Shown here piece by piece: positions 40,259 through 51,211 of a stretch of 64,000 nt of DNA (position 1 is its first letter; each line of letters opens with the position of its first letter). The DNA lies in NCBI GenBank assembly GCA_002811645.1, contig PDIP01000001.1:1-64000 (forward strand), in the 5' to 3' direction. The stretch is from Corallochytrium limacisporum Hawaii. Its lineage: Eukaryota; Protista; Pluriformea. The translations under genes were made by a program, and so were the position numbers. A model generated the notes under the pieces. That model was not told the origin of the DNA and searched no databases. It was given only the letters and a program-made list of their open reading frames with translations.

Positions 40259-43200
40259 ATGAGAATAAGAAAGGATAGCTCAAGCAGAGCTGCCAAGGAA
40301 GACGATGACGAGGTCCTCCGGGCGGCGGAGGCTGGTGAGGCCGGACCTCCAGAACCTCCGCAACCGACCCGTTCCAGCGTGGCAACAGCATATGGATCTT
40401 ACAGAAATGACTTACAGCAGTACGCCCGGGAACAAACACGGAAAAAGAGACTCGATACCTTGCGGAGGGCGCAGTTGGATGGAGTTGAACACCACCACTC
40501 CTCAAGCAGCAGAGAACATTTGCAACGCATGAGAGATCGATTCCGGGACACTTTCCGTATGGAGACGTTCCGCATGTCTTCAATTCCGGACTCAGGACGG
40601 CCTGCTGTCATTGAGGAAAATGACGAGGAGGACGAAGGGTTAAGCCTTGGCCGATACAACATGGCCCGATCAAAGCGGTGGGGATCAACTTCGCTGCAAC
40701 CTGCACTGAACGGGAAAACGGATACGGAAGGATTGGGTGAGATGCCAGCATTTGCTGCATACATTGCTAGCAATAATCCGGAGGTTAGAAAGGTAGAGAA
40801 GGAAGCAATGCCTTGGTACATACGTCTGAAGGAAAAATTAAGTGTCTTCCAGTTGAACCACCCGCTCAATATCTATTTCCTTCTGGTATTGCTTGGTATC
40901 ATTTCCGCGGGTCTGGATGCCGGTATGGTTATTATTGCTTTTGAATTGCAGAGCCTGAAAGATGTTGTCTCCTATGCGCCGGACTTTTATGTGGCAAACT
41001 ATTTGGTCTTCATCTTCTATACGATAATCGTGAGCTTTCCGGCATACCTGCTGGTCGAGTATGTGGCTCCCGATGCTGCAGGCAGTGGTATTCCTGAGTT
41101 GAAGACTATTATTGCTGGCATCACCACTATTAATAAGGAAGCCTTCTTCTCCATCAGAACGTTCTTTGTGAAGGTTTTTGGTCTCTTGGCCATTTTGGGA
41201 TCAGGTCTCACCAGTGGTAAGGAAGGTCCTTTTGTGCACACGTCTGCCATTGTTGCGCGCTTGCTTCTGGATAAGCTTGACTTCTTCGCACATTTGCGTG
41301 ACGATCCTGAGATTGGACAGCAGGTTTACGCTGCCGCTGCCGCTGTCGGTGTCAGCAGCACCTTTGGTGCGCCCGTTGGTGGTGTGCTATTTAGTATCGA
41401 GGTAACTGCCGTATACTACATGGTGCAGAACTATTGGCGTGCCATCCTTACTGCGGCAGCTGGTGGTACATTCCTGTGGCTGTTCCGGCCTGGTGTATTC
41501 ATTGACATTACGAATGGTATCGACCTGGACACGTACAGCTACCATCGCTGGGAGTATCCACTGTTCATCATCATGGGCATCTTGGCTGGTTTCCTGGGTG
41601 CTCTGTTTGTGAAGACATTCTCATTTATTTTGGACAGCCGTCGATCCGAGAATCACATTCTCCGGTGGTTGATTGGTCCTGGACCCCGGTACAGTATTTT
41701 GGTGCCCTTTGTGACAGGTCTCATCTTCTTCCCCTTCGGAGAATTCCTCACCAAGCCGCTATCATCGGCTTTCGATGATTTGTTGACTCCCAACCCCTTA
41801 GATGACAGTTCCCTGACCAAAATTGATAACTGGGCCGAATTTAGTATATATGGCGGACTGGCCATCTTCTCTCTGATGCGTTTCGTGACATGTATCCTCA
41901 CCATTACTATGAGGGTACCGGCTGGTCTCTTTTTGCCGGTACTGTGCATTGGTGCATCAAGTGGTCGACTTCTCGGCGAGTTCTTTGCGGAAGTCTGCAA
42001 GATGGATGTGAGTCCCGCTGGCTATGCCCTGGTTGGTGCTGCTGCCTTTGGTGCAGGTGTTACTCGCACCGTTTCATCCGCTGTGATCATGCTGGAAATG
42101 ACTGGTCAGATGGAGTTCCTCCTGCCTGCTCTGCTAGCCGCTGTTGTTGCTTCCGAGGTCGGCAACACCATGGACATTGGTATTTACGATATGATTATGC
42201 GCAAGCGTCGTCTGCCGTGGCTGATTGCACCGGATCCTCGCCTCGTGTATGGCGGCAAGTACTATGCCAGTGAGATCATGGTGAACCATACTGTCTTTAT
42301 CCGTCGTTATCCGACCTTGGGAGAGATTGCTCGTCTTTTGCTTGATCCGAAGAAGAACCACGAGAACTATCCTGTGGTGTCGAGTGAGGAAGACATGTAC
42401 CTTATTGGTGAGATCTCTCGTCAGAGCCTGGAAGAGAGTGTCAACAAGTTCCTGCGCATTGCTGTCAATGTGGACTTGAAGATCAGACCGGATGGTATCA
42501 GCCTTAGCCCAGATCACACCCTCACGGCTAACTCCAACAGCATCACAGCGTACACCACCCGTTCAGGTTCTCGTGTGAAGATTGTGCACCCGGATCTCCG
42601 GGACCTCTTCAGAGTAGTGGGAGAGCACAGTGACGACAATCTACGCGGCAGTCCAGAATCTCCGCGAGCTCGGGGCCGCGCCTCGGATCCATTGGTGCGG
42701 CCCAGCGTAAATCTTCCCGACGACTTCTTCATGCAGCCCATCAGCGAAGTGAGGGAGCCATCGTCGACGCAGAATGGCACGAAGGATAGCGCAGAAGAGG
42801 CTCAGGAAACAACAAAGGAGACCCCCGATGCACCTTCCAACACTCGGGGCAGTCGCGTGAACCGGTTTTCCGTGACCTACGCCTCTGATGAGGAAGTCAA
42901 GGAGGACAGCGGAAATTCCGTGTCCTCTGTATCCCGTAAGGGCCGCTTCACAGAGGTGACCGATGTTGCGGAGGATGAGGAGATCCGAGAAGCGGAGGAA
43001 GGCCACCACGTCTCTCCCGAAACTACAGAGAGCTCATCGCCGCGCCGCAAGCGTTCACTCCCGAAGCGCAAGAACTCTGATCGAGCCAAGTCACTTGATC
43101 GGGATGCCGTCCAGTCGGATGGTGATGCATCTCCTTGTTCTTCCGCAGACTGCAAGGAGAAAAAGAAAGGCCGCTTCAGTATCAAGCGGAAGGGCTCCAA

Positions 43201-44263
43201 GGATGACAAGAAGGCTATGTCAATGGTCAACGTTGCCAGCCAGGGCACTCTGAGCCACAGACGGGCTGAGTCCCATGCATCTGCGATACCAAAGTTCTCT
43301 TACACCGTTGAACCCTGCACTCCGCAGGGAACCTCTGGCGACATCAACGAATTAACAGGTCCAGTGCGGTCCATGCCCCACCTCTCGGCCCTAGACGTAG
43401 ACTCTGATGCCGATGAACCGAAAGAGCAGCCGATAGACGAGGACGATGAAGAGGACTACGACGACCTGGCGGCGTATGGCAGGAGCTTGCCTGCAAGGCC
43501 GAGACCTCATCGCGAACCCAGCCCGCACCGTCGGGTGGATTCGATGGATCTCGAACCTTTGGGTCCGTCCAAGGCCACCAAGCCGTCCACAACGACCGGA
43601 CGATTCTACGTGTCTGGCCAGGACCCTGGCAGTTCGGACAATCTGCGTAAACTGGCGGCCATGAACAGCGCCGCAGACCAGTATGGCACCTCCCAACTCC
43701 CAGTGCCCAGCCCCGACGGAGCCGGGCGCACCACTGTCACGAGCATCCCTGACGTGCCGCACTCGCCTTCTTGGAACGAGTCCAGCCTGGATGGCTCTTA
43801 CATATGGACCGTCAACGCAAAGACCACGCGCCACCTCCAGGAGCGATTCATTCTGCCGCAGCTTATCGATAGCAAGAATGGCAAGAAGGAGGCCCACGAT
43901 TTGGAAAGTTATGATCTGAGCAAGAAGAAGAACAAGAAGAAGAAAAAGAAGGCCATGAAGGCCACAATGAAGTTCACGTGGCGTGACCTGACTGAGGAGG
44001 ACTGCAGCACCATGACTGAGACCGTCGACTTACTCCGTGTGGAGACGAGTGTTGTGGACCAGAGCCCGTACCGCTTACTCGATGTGACGCCCATCAGTGA
44101 GGTCCACACTTTCTTCACTATGATGCGTTGTGACCGTATTTACATTTACACCAAACAAGGTCGTCTGAAAGGTCTGATCACACTCCAGGATCTCATTGAC
44201 TTTATTGACACGGAGTCGTATATGGAATCTCGCAAACGCACGGCGCGCAACAAGTTGGACTAG
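40259..44263 (+). CDS. CLC chloride channel, ClC-1/ClC-2 type, with very long inter-CBS linker
   Basis: GSGIPELKTI, GKEGPFVH, GVLFSIEV (Val at the proton-glutamate position, channel type), PAGLFLP, IYDMIMRKRRLPWL; two CBS domains. Confidence 0.95.
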   Translation: MRIRKDSSSRAAKEDDDEVLRAAEAGEAGPPEPPQPTRSSVATAYGSYRNDLQQYAREQTRKKRLDTLRRAQLDGVEHHHSSSSREHLQRMRDRFRDTFRMETFRMSSIPDSGRPAVIEENDEEDEGLSLGRYNMARSKRWGSTSLQPALNGKTDTEGLGEMPAFAAYIASNNPEVRKVEKEAMPWYIRLKEKLSVFQLNHPLNIYFLLVLLGIISAGLDAGMVIIAFELQSLKDVVSYAPDFYVANYLVFIFYTIIVSFPAYLLVEYVAPDAAGSGIPELKTIIAGITTINKEAFFSIRTFFVKVFGLLAILGSGLTSGKEGPFVHTSAIVARLLLDKLDFFAHLRDDPEIGQQVYAAAAAVGVSSTFGAPVGGVLFSIEVTAVYYMVQNYWRAILTAAAGGTFLWLFRPGVFIDITNGIDLDTYSYHRWEYPLFIIMGILAGFLGALFVKTFSFILDSRRSENHILRWLIGPGPRYSILVPFVTGLIFFPFGEFLTKPLSSAFDDLLTPNPLDDSSLTKIDNWAEFSIYGGLAIFSLMRFVTCILTITMRVPAGLFLPVLCIGASSGRLLGEFFAEVCKMDVSPAGYALVGAAAFGAGVTRTVSSAVIMLEMTGQMEFLLPALLAAVVASEVGNTMDIGIYDMIMRKRRLPWLIAPDPRLVYGGKYYASEIMVNHTVFIRRYPTLGEIARLLLDPKKNHENYPVVSSEEDMYLIGEISRQSLEESVNKFLRIAVNVDLKIRPDGISLSPDHTLTANSNSITAYTTRSGSRVKIVHPDLRDLFRVVGEHSDDNLRGSPESPRARGRASDPLVRPSVNLPDDFFMQPISEVREPSSTQNGTKDSAEEAQETTKETPDAPSNTRGSRVNRFSVTYASDEEVKEDSGNSVSSVSRKGRFTEVTDVAEDEEIREAEEGHHVSPETTESSSPRRKRSLPKRKNSDRAKSLDRDAVQSDGDASPCSSADCKEKKKGRFSIKRKGSKDDKKAMSMVNVASQGTLSHRRAESHASAIPKFSYTVEPCTPQGTSGDINELTGPVRSMPHLSALDVDSDADEPKEQPIDEDDEEDYDDLAAYGRSLPARPRPHREPSPHRRVDSMDLEPLGPSKATKPSTTTGRFYVSGQDPGSSDNLRKLAAMNSAADQYGTSQLPVPSPDGAGRTTVTSIPDVPHSPSWNESSLDGSYIWTVNAKTTRHLQERFILPQLIDSKNGKKEAHDLESYDLSKKKNKKKKKKAMKATMKFTWRDLTEEDCSTMTETVDLLRVETSVVDQSPYRLLDVTPISEVHTFFTMMRCDRIYIYTKQGRLKGLITLQDLIDFIDTESYMESRKRTARNKLD

Positions 44264-45452
44264 CAGTCTTCAAGCGTATCTGTATCATGTTTGTTCGTCA
44301 TATGATATCGTCATATTGTGACCATCTGCTGTCACTGTATAAATGAATTTATAAAGAAATTTAAGACTAGCAAGAAAGACTGTTTAAAGCCAGCACCTGT
44401 GGACTCGAGCTTCAGAACCCCCCCTCGCCCCCAAGTTTGCGGGTGATGCGCAGACCTGCTCTCGCCAGAATCAATCAATATTTCCCGTCCCGTCCCCCCT
44501 TCTATTTTTCAATCTTTGCTCCGTCGGGCCCCTCCGGGCTTGGCCAGTGTTTTAGTTCTTCTGCCCCCGAGTACACACACATCAAAACAAGCGTATAATC
44601 TGTCTCTAAAACTGGAGAAACGAAAACAGGAGCCGGAAAAAGGATGAAGCGGGCGGCAGACCCCGTGAGCTCGTGGCCATTTCCACCGCCCTTGCCGTTC
44701 GCTCTCGATGGCGGGGATTTAATTCTCCCAAAGACATAGCCACTCGACCCGGTGTGGTGATGACGTGCAGAGCACACTTGTAGTGTTGTCAGCCAACCGC
44801 GATCGAACCAAACTGACTCCGTTGCTCCAGCTGTTTGTTCTTTGGAAAGGGGGAGAGGGGGGGGGGGGGAATGCAATTACATTGGCGCCCGTTGAGGTGT
44901 TTTTTGCTTGTTTTCGATCGAGCAGCGGGGCGTAAGATGGGTCGGTCAAAACTACGTTTCTAGCCATCCGGTACTATCGTGCCCGAGGAAACAGGATTTC
45001 AGAGTTCATTCATAGGATATGACCGGTCATCGGAGCCTCGCAGCTGCGCAAAAAATAGACGACGTTTCCGTACCCACCTGGTCTTCACATTTGCGCCGGT
45101 GCTGATTGTATGTCTTGATGGATTGGGTTGGGGGATCGAACAGAGAGCGAAGCACTGGAAAGCTCAATCGCAATCGTCTGCTCTGTGCTGGTAGCGGATG
45201 TAGGGATCGGTCGGTTGGTCGATCAGGAGCGTTTGTATTGGTGGTGGTGGCTTGGGACGAGCGTGGCGGAGAGGGCGGTCTGTACGCGCTATGGACACTT
45301 AGGTGCGGAGTATGGCATGATCAGCCTATGGGGAGTTCATTGTGTCCGATAAGCGTGCGAATTTGCTTGACCGCTGGACAGAGTGTGCGTCGCTGTAGTC
45401 TACACCCGAAGCGACCTAAGCTCCATTTCCGTATGAGCCTAACACTTGTGAG

Positions 45453-45526
45453 GTACTTAATGTCACCATGGTGCTGTGGAAGCTTTTTCTGATCGCAATC
45501 CCGAAAGCACTGTCAAGATTACACAG
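45453..45526 (+). other. Predicted 5'-UTR intron of Kv-beta gene (74 nt)
   Basis: GAG|GTACTT..ACACAG|, ending 19 nt before ATG 45546. Confidence 0.6.
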
Positions 45527-45545
45527 CGGCAAAAGGACAACCATC

Positions 45546-46628
45546 ATGGCAGCAAAGAAGGCAGCAGGGGAGATGTTCCACCGTGCCCTGGGCAACAGTG
45601 GTCTCCAGGTATCCGTTCTGTCATACGGCAGTTGGGTCACCTTCCACTCCCAGATCGGCGTGGATTCCTCGTATGAGATCATGAAACGCTGCTACGAACT
45701 CGGTATCAACTTCTTTGACAATGCCGAAGTCTACTCGTCTGGTGAGGCGGAGAAGATCATGGGCGAATGCGTCAAGAAGGGAGTTGCCGACGGCGTCTGG
45801 GAGCGTGAGGACCTCGTCATCAGCACGAAACTCTTCTTTGGTGCTCGTGGCAAACGCGATACCGTGAACTCAAGGGGTCTAAGTCGCAAGAAGATCGTAG
45901 AGGGTACCCTGGGATCACTGAAACGTATGCAGCTGGACTACGTCGATCTGATTTTCTGCCACCGTCCCGACCCACTGACTCCGATTGAGGAAACGGTACG
46001 TGCGTTCAATCACATCATCGACCGGGGTCTGGCCTTTTACTGGGGTACCAGCGAATGGAATGCCGAGCAGTTGACCGAAGCATACGAAATTGCTCATCGC
46101 CTGAACATGATCCCCCCCCTCATGGACCAATGCCAGTACAATCTTTTCCACCGTGAGAAGATGGAACGGGACTTCATGCGGCTGTTTGCCAAGCACGGCA
46201 TGGGCACCACGATCTGGAGCCCGCTTGCCAGTGGCATTCTCACCTGCAAGTACTCAGGCGGTAAGGTCCCTGAAGGTACCCGCCTCAGCCTTGATAATTA
46301 CTCATGGCTGAAGGATCGGATTCTGAATCAGCGTATGGGCGACATTGAGAAAGCTGATGCTCTGAAGCCGATCGCCGAGAAAGTCGGCTGCAGTGTTGCA
46401 CAGCTGTCCCTGGCGTGGTGCGTAAAGAACGAAAACGTTAGCACTGTCATTCTCGGTGCCACCTCGGTGAAACAATTGGAGGAGAATATGGAGTGTTTGA
46501 AGTACGTTGATCGCCTGACCCCAGAAATTTTGGCAGAGATTGAGGAAGTCGTGCAGACCAAACCGAAATGGGACGGAGTCATGGAACAGGTGGCAAGCAT
46601 CCGCGGCGTTTCACTGTCCAAATTCTGA
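45546..46628 (+). CDS. KCNAB: Voltage-gated K+ channel beta subunit (aldo-keto reductase)
   Basis: LGNSGLQVSVLSYGSWVTF, GINFFDNAEVY, DLVISTKLF, LDYVDLIFCHRPD, YWGTSEW, WSPLASGIL. Start placed at 45546 because ATG 45468 falls inside the predicted leader intron and homology begins after it. Confidence 0.92.
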   Translation: MAAKKAAGEMFHRALGNSGLQVSVLSYGSWVTFHSQIGVDSSYEIMKRCYELGINFFDNAEVYSSGEAEKIMGECVKKGVADGVWEREDLVISTKLFFGARGKRDTVNSRGLSRKKIVEGTLGSLKRMQLDYVDLIFCHRPDPLTPIEETVRAFNHIIDRGLAFYWGTSEWNAEQLTEAYEIAHRLNMIPPLMDQCQYNLFHREKMERDFMRLFAKHGMGTTIWSPLASGILTCKYSGGKVPEGTRLSLDNYSWLKDRILNQRMGDIEKADALKPIAEKVGCSVAQLSLAWCVKNENVSTVILGATSVKQLEENMECLKYVDRLTPEILAEIEEVVQTKPKWDGVMEQVASIRGVSLSKF

Positions 46629-46800
46629 GAACGTTCAAAACCAATATCAAAGCCATGACGGAAATACACAGGAATGTCTCGGTGATGTGATTTATATGGA
46701 TTATATGCTTACGATATATGTGTGAGGACTGCAGGATGGGGTCCAGCTTGTGACGAATGACGACATTACATGAAAAGTAGATGTTGAGTGCGAGAAACGC

Positions 46801-48414
46801 TTACTTCTGAGGAGGTTTGGATTCATAAACTTCAACCTCCTTGGCCTTGTCAGACGTGTGCGTGGGCAGGAGATTGCTAGGGTCCTTAAGCATCTTGGCA
46901 AACACAAAGGCGAAGAAGGACAGAATTACAGAGGCAACCATACATGCCGCAAAGCTGTCTGTGCGTGCGTCAAAGTCAAAGTCGCCTTCGCCCTCCTCCC
47001 AGTAGGAATAGAGCACACCACCAAGTAAGGTGCCAATCAGGCGCCCCCCGGCATTTGACATATAGTAGAACCCGACGTTTTGGGCGACCTTGTCTTTGTC
47101 ACTGAGGTGCACAACTAGGTAGGAGTGGATGCTAGAGTTGATGGCAAAGATGAAACCGTAGAAAAGAAGGCCGGGCATGAGGATGGCTGCGTAGACGTCC
47201 ACATTGTCGGTCTCCTGGTAGGCAATGATGTAGGCCACGGTGATAACCGCAATCGCAAAGGTCAGCCCTAGAGTGAAGGGCCACAGGTTGTGGGGATGCG
47301 GAGGGAAGATTTTCATGGGCTTCAGGACAATATTCTGAGTATGGCTCTGCACCGCACCATATGCTATGGTCCAGCCACCCATAAATGCACCAACAGCCGG
47401 TGCGGCATAACCGATAATGTTCTTTGTGAAGATCGGAAAGGCGACCTCAAACCAGACGTCACGGGAACCAAACAACCACAATCGGCTCATGCACAGAATG
47501 TTGAACTCGCGTCCCTTATGGAAGACAGAGTACCAATCAATTTTCTTCACAGCAGTGCGCCCCAGGTCCCAGCTGAGCATTAGAGCACCGGGTACAAGAC
47601 AGACACAAATGCCAAGTAGGGTGGCCATGGCCTGACGGAACGTAATGACGTAGACGATAAATGTACCGTAGAACATACCCACTCCCTTAGACTCATTCTT
47701 GAAGCCTGTTACATATGCAACACGCTTGTACAAAGTATCGTTGGCGTGGTCAGAAGTAACCAGTTTGCTCACTGACTTGCCGGCAAGTTTTACCATATCC
47801 TTGGCGACACCACTCAGTGCTTGAGTGGCACTAAGGTAGATGATCTGTTTTGTTCGAGAGTCTAGGAATTCATTCCAACTCTCGGCTCCTCCTTCTACAG
47901 CCATAAGCATGCCTGCAGCAATGATTTGACCAAACAACCCGGTTAGCAGGGTTGACTTGAGACCGAGACGGCCACCAAAAATACCGCCAAAGAAGTTCGT
48001 AAAGACACCACAGATCTCGTAGACGCTAAACATTATAGCAATCTGAAATGCAGAGAATCCGATGTCATTGGCCTCAATCAGGGTAGCCGTTCGAAGGGCG
48101 CCGTCCGTGAATGTGAAGCAAATGTAAGATATGCTGAGAATGTAAAATCCCCGCATGCGTTCCTTCTCACTAGCATTCTGTGTCCCTGTTGCAGCTGAAA
48201 CAACAGGAACATCAGCCTTTTCAGACTTATCTCCAAGTTCTTCTTTGCTGCCACTCCCTGAATCGCTACCTTCCACTGTTGTCACTGTTGTAACTGGACC
48301 AGTTGCGTCAGACTTCCGCTTCTTCAGAAGGTCCTCGGCGGTCTCCGCCCCTGGTTCAACCTCCTCCACTGCCGGAGTCGGCATTTCGACATTTTCCCGT
48401 TCGTTGTCGTCCAT
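46801..48414 (-). CDS. arsJ: Organoarsenical efflux MFS transporter ArsJ-like
   Basis: FTFTDGALR, YEICGVFTNFFGG..GRLGL, QALSGVAKDMVK, VTGFKNESKGVG, RLWLFGSRDVWF, FAINSSIHSYL and VGFYYMSNAGGRLIGT match the bacterial ArsJ blocks in order. First ATG is at 48414. Confidence 0.88.
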   Translation of the reverse strand: MDDNERENVEMPTPAVEEVEPGAETAEDLLKKRKSDATGPVTTVTTVEGSDSGSGSKEELGDKSEKADVPVVSAATGTQNASEKERMRGFYILSISYICFTFTDGALRTATLIEANDIGFSAFQIAIMFSVYEICGVFTNFFGGIFGGRLGLKSTLLTGLFGQIIAAGMLMAVEGGAESWNEFLDSRTKQIIYLSATQALSGVAKDMVKLAGKSVSKLVTSDHANDTLYKRVAYVTGFKNESKGVGMFYGTFIVYVITFRQAMATLLGICVCLVPGALMLSWDLGRTAVKKIDWYSVFHKGREFNILCMSRLWLFGSRDVWFEVAFPIFTKNIIGYAAPAVGAFMGGWTIAYGAVQSHTQNIVLKPMKIFPPHPHNLWPFTLGLTFAIAVITVAYIIAYQETDNVDVYAAILMPGLLFYGFIFAINSSIHSYLVVHLSDKDKVAQNVGFYYMSNAGGRLIGTLLGGVLYSYWEEGEGDFDFDARTDSFAACMVASVILSFFAFVFAKMLKDPSNLLPTHTSDKAKEVEVYESKPPQK

Positions 48415-51211
48415 TACTATTACCAATTTCCTTCGATAGATGTTTTCAAACACCAAGACCCAAATGTTCCGAACATATGCGAAGGAAATGTGCTTAAATA
48501 CCACACGGCACGAGAAGATCTCATGGCGGGCTGTTGAACTACCACACCATAGACCGACAGAAGATGCTGACAGTTAGGGGATTAAAAAGTCCGAACACCA
48601 AGCAAACCAGTATCACGCAATCAACAACACTCGAATGAGGAATGCTTTGGACATCACATTGCAATTGGCGTGCACAAAACGAACGGAGATGCCGTGCCAA
48701 ATGAACCAGTGAACCGGTCTGCGGGACCGGCCTCGGTATCGCGGATACACCTCTCCGCTACCTTCCACCCCTTGGGATAATAAATGGTCCCCGCTCACAT
48801 CTGTTTCATTCGTCCATATAAAATACACCTCAATCGAAGTGTTCCATCCGCCGGCGCTCTCAGTCGCAGAGCGGTTTCATTTCATCGCGGATCGGACCAT
48901 CAGAGGGAGGAGGAAAATTTTCACACATGTGTTGAGTGCTCGTGCGCCGTGCAGTGGAGGATTTGCTTGTATCAGATAGGTCCTTCGTGACACGCCTCCC
49001 CCCTGTGAATACTAAATATACTTAGTATCAATAGACCTTGGCGGCATATATGCGAAAGCACGTAGCAGGTTCCTCCTTTCCTAAGATGATTGTGGCTTTC
49101 CCCTTTCTCTCACTCACTCACTCTCTCCCCCTCTCCCCCCCCCCCTTCCGTCCCCGGAACGCACTGCCTATGCTGATATCCCTAGTTGGCGGGTCCCCCC
49201 CCCTTGCGGTGACCAAATTCAGCTCCGGACCACCGGTGGAAAAAAGACGGGTCACACCGAAACCTCCCCATCTTAAGAATAACGTAAGTGACAAGCGTAG
49301 AATCCCTCAATATCCTCCACTCTTCTCTGTAAACGTCCCGTTTTTTATTCATCATTTATTTGTGACCGAAACCCCCTGACACATTGTACCAGCCAGCCAC
49401 AGAGTGTGAGGGAATAGATCAGACCCAGGAGAGTGGCAGTTGCGCGCCAGTGTCCCATAGAATCCGTGATCGCGGAGTCGTATATGGAGAGGCCGGCATT
49501 AATACATCCCTCTGCAACGAGAACCGAGGGATTCATGAAGATTGACATTTGCTGCGCAGACCTCTGCCATGGGGTAAAAATACAGCGAGCTGACTATACA
49601 TAAATGAAATTGATATATCATTTGGGCCCATGAAGCCATGTCCAACAGTTCACAGGAACCCCGTCTGTGTAGAGAAGAATGCCCCCACATGGTTATTCCC
49701 CCCCCNNNNNNNNNNNNNNNNNNNNNNNNNNNNNNNNNNNNNNNNNNNNNNNNNNNNNNNNNNNNNNNNNNNNNNNNNNNNCCCCCCCCTCTCCCTTAGT
49801 AGCACACCCCGAACAGAACACACTCTTTGGTTTTGGCTGACCCTGACACAAAATTGGACAGCAAATTCTTCCGCGCACCACAAAATTTTGAGCAAACCTA
49901 CACATTCTGGTCCCACTAGCTCCATAATTGCGGTCCAAAAACCAACCAGTCTGTCCCTCCCCCCTCCCTTCCCCCAGAAGGCCGCCTTCCCGTCAAATCC
50001 CCCCTTTCCTTCGTCAAAACAGATGAATGAGCACTAGAGATCTCTGTGATCCTTCCAAATCCACTCTCTACTTTGCTTCGATCCCCCATTACTGGGATTT
50101 TCCTCTCTTGTTCGTTCCGCAGTACAAATCCTAGGGGAGATTTGAGGTGTACTCTGTGCCAGCCTGCCCACACTGGGGACAGACCTTGCGTGGTCGATTC
50201 GCACAAGCTGTGGGCACCGAGGAACGCCCCCAAACGGGAGAAGAAGCACTTTTCCTCCGGGCTTCTCCCACTATAGTCAATGAATGGGGAAATTACCCGG
50301 AGTGTGAAGGAAGAAGGGTGCGGTGAAACATCGCTTCGGTTGCGCCTCACATGCAAGTCGGTTTCTTCCCCTGTGTACTTTTCGCTTACGCGTAAGCGCG
50401 GGCCAGGGTCGGGGGCCGAGGCGGACGAGAGCGGGCGCGAAGCACACGGCCCCGTAGCGGGGCAGGGGAAAAAGAAAAGGGGAGAGTGGGAGACGGGAGG
50501 AGCGTCATGACTTTGAGAATGCGAAGCCCCGGGGGTTGGAGCCCGGGGCTTAGGAAAACAGTCGAGAACAATCAATGCTAGCGAGACCATGTGAATTCTA
50601 CGCAACTCTGTGTCTATGTGTTTGGTGAGCCCACAGGCATGTTGCTGACAAACACGGGTATTGTAGTCTGTGGCAAAGGGCATCCTTGAACATCCTGATT
50701 TTGAAATCAGGAGAGGGCATTCGGGTCTTATGACTATGGTGACTTTTCCCGTAGTGATGGTGCCAATGGAGGGTGACTGCTCATCATCAGCGCCATGTAG
50801 ACATTACTGAGCACTCGCTCAGTGTATCCACGGTGACCGGAGCCTCCACGTAGAGTTTCTTGTATACCTTGTGGAGGCTGGACGATGTTCGCGTCGCGCC
50901 GAAACACCCATGGAATCGGAGAACTGTCTTAGGAGAAGACAGGTAGGGTGCAGTAGGGGGTGGGTCCCTTGTGACGAAAGCGAAACCCCACCCGATCCGT
51001 TTTCGCTTTGGGTCTGGGCGGCCTGAGCAAGTCTGTCAGTACGGGAGGGGGGCATAGCGGGTAGTTGGGAGGTGGTGTAATCCCCCACGTGTCAAACGGT
51101 CTGGCGCCCCATTCCTTACAGCCGAGAGCTGTCAAGGCCCTTAATCGAGGAAACACAGAATGGCTGGACCGCAACTACAATGGTAAACGATGTAGATGAG
51201 ATTCATCGACA

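Noticed and set aside
40259-48414. CLC, Kv-beta and ArsJ as a functional ion/arsenic cluster
   Set aside because: Separate promoters, convergent orientation of the last two, and no known pathway link; adjacency alone is not evidence.
48509-48535. GAGAAGATCTCATGGC resembling the U6 core
   Set aside because: No ACAGAGA box, AGC triad, ISL or 3' U-tract.
49345-49690. Hydrophobic short minus-strand ORFs upstream of arsJ
   Set aside because: No recognisable homology to ars or other genes; cannot support even a pseudogene call.
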